From Camelus ferus (lineage: Eukaryota): DNA of 64,000 bases. The stretch lies in the NCBI RefSeq assembly GCF_009834535.1, contig NC_045696.1, forward strand, positions 29,576,001 through 29,640,000, given 5' to 3'. The notes below the pieces were generated by a model that saw only the letters and a list, made by a program, of their open reading frames with translations, was not told the origin of the DNA and ran no database searches. How positions within the stretch are numbered: the stretch's first letter is position 1; every line of letters begins with the position of its first letter. The translations under genes were made by a program, and so were the position numbers. Below are positions 63,061 through 64,000 of this stretch, in pieces.

Positions 63061-64000
63061 TTAGGCAGCCCTGTGACACTGTGCACTGTAGGGAGAAGAA
63101 GTTAGATTCTTAATTGAGGAGATAATAGCAACAACAGGAAGCTTAATTTTATGCCATGATTTCCTCTTTTACACACCAACACTTTCTGCCATCAGCTCTA
63201 AGGCTCTTCACTCGCAGCCAGTTTGAACATTGAGGGTAGAGTAGAGGTAAGAAATAACATCTAATAAAGGTCCATCTAAACATTACTCCCCACCATGAAG
63301 ACAATCTGAAAATGTCTAAAGGCAATTTATTTTCAGGAGCCGTTCAATAGGCTCCGTGTCATTATAATCTCCTGCCCCTAAAACCTCAAATACATCTCAC
63401 CTATCTATGGTGTGACATTCCTTCAACAGAGCAAATAATTTAGGGCATAAGTAGAGAGGGAAAAAAAAAAGCTTGAAATATGAATATCTGGGTAGTGTAA
63501 CACTTTATACATTTACTGAATTTCTTTTTAAGCTAATCACTTAAGACAAACTTAAGACAAGCAGCAGATCTTTTCTTGGTTAGTTAGATTTGAAAACAAA
63601 GGGTACAGTTCATTAGTTCATTCATTCATTCATTAAATATGTACTCAGCGCTTAACCTAGGCCCTGCTCAGCACCAAACTCAAAATTAGTGCTCAGAATG
63701 ACAGCTGCATTTCATCCAGAAAAGGTTAAATTGAGTTAACGATACACCAAAATGAGTAGTAAAACATAAAATAAAGGATCCACTAAAAATTCAACTATAA
63801 ATAAGATTTTGTTACTTTGAAAGTGAAACTTCAATGATACAGGAAATTTTCATATGCAAATTTATTTAAAAGCTGTTTTCAGTAATGTAAGAGTAAATGT
63901 GTTCTTGAATATTAGTTTTTTGAATCTCAGTTGCAATAGGTTCTTCAGCTTATAGTCACTTGAGTTTTAAGGTCTATTTAAACAAGTAAAGTTTTAATAT

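Overview
This is AT-rich mammalian genomic DNA lying entirely inside the glycogen branching enzyme gene GBE1, which runs on the minus strand. Five consecutive coding exons are visible, matching exons 3-7 (116, 126, 136, 91 and 210 nt). All have GT-AG ends and splice into one open frame from '[11 protein letters not shown]' to '[10 protein letters not shown]'. The supplied ORF track misses them because they are short. The rest is intron: part of intron 2, a 34.3 kb intron 3, short introns 4-6 and 19.8 kb of intron 7. The introns hold L1, L2, MIR, MaLR/ERVL LTRs, hAT relics and two copies of a tRNA-derived SINE resembling camelid Vic-1, so the organism is probably a camelid (inference). I see no prokaryotic-type system, CRISPR array or intact novel gene. 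The most notable extras are: a young L1 insertion with a perfect 15-bp TSD; two back-to-back near-perfect hairpins just upstream of the exon 7 acceptor; a chimeric L1-plus-foreign-DNA insertion between 33-bp direct repeats; a candidate 50-nt poison exon in intron 3; and several motif-rich candidate enhancers. Repeat family names and boundaries come from visual recognition and are approximate.
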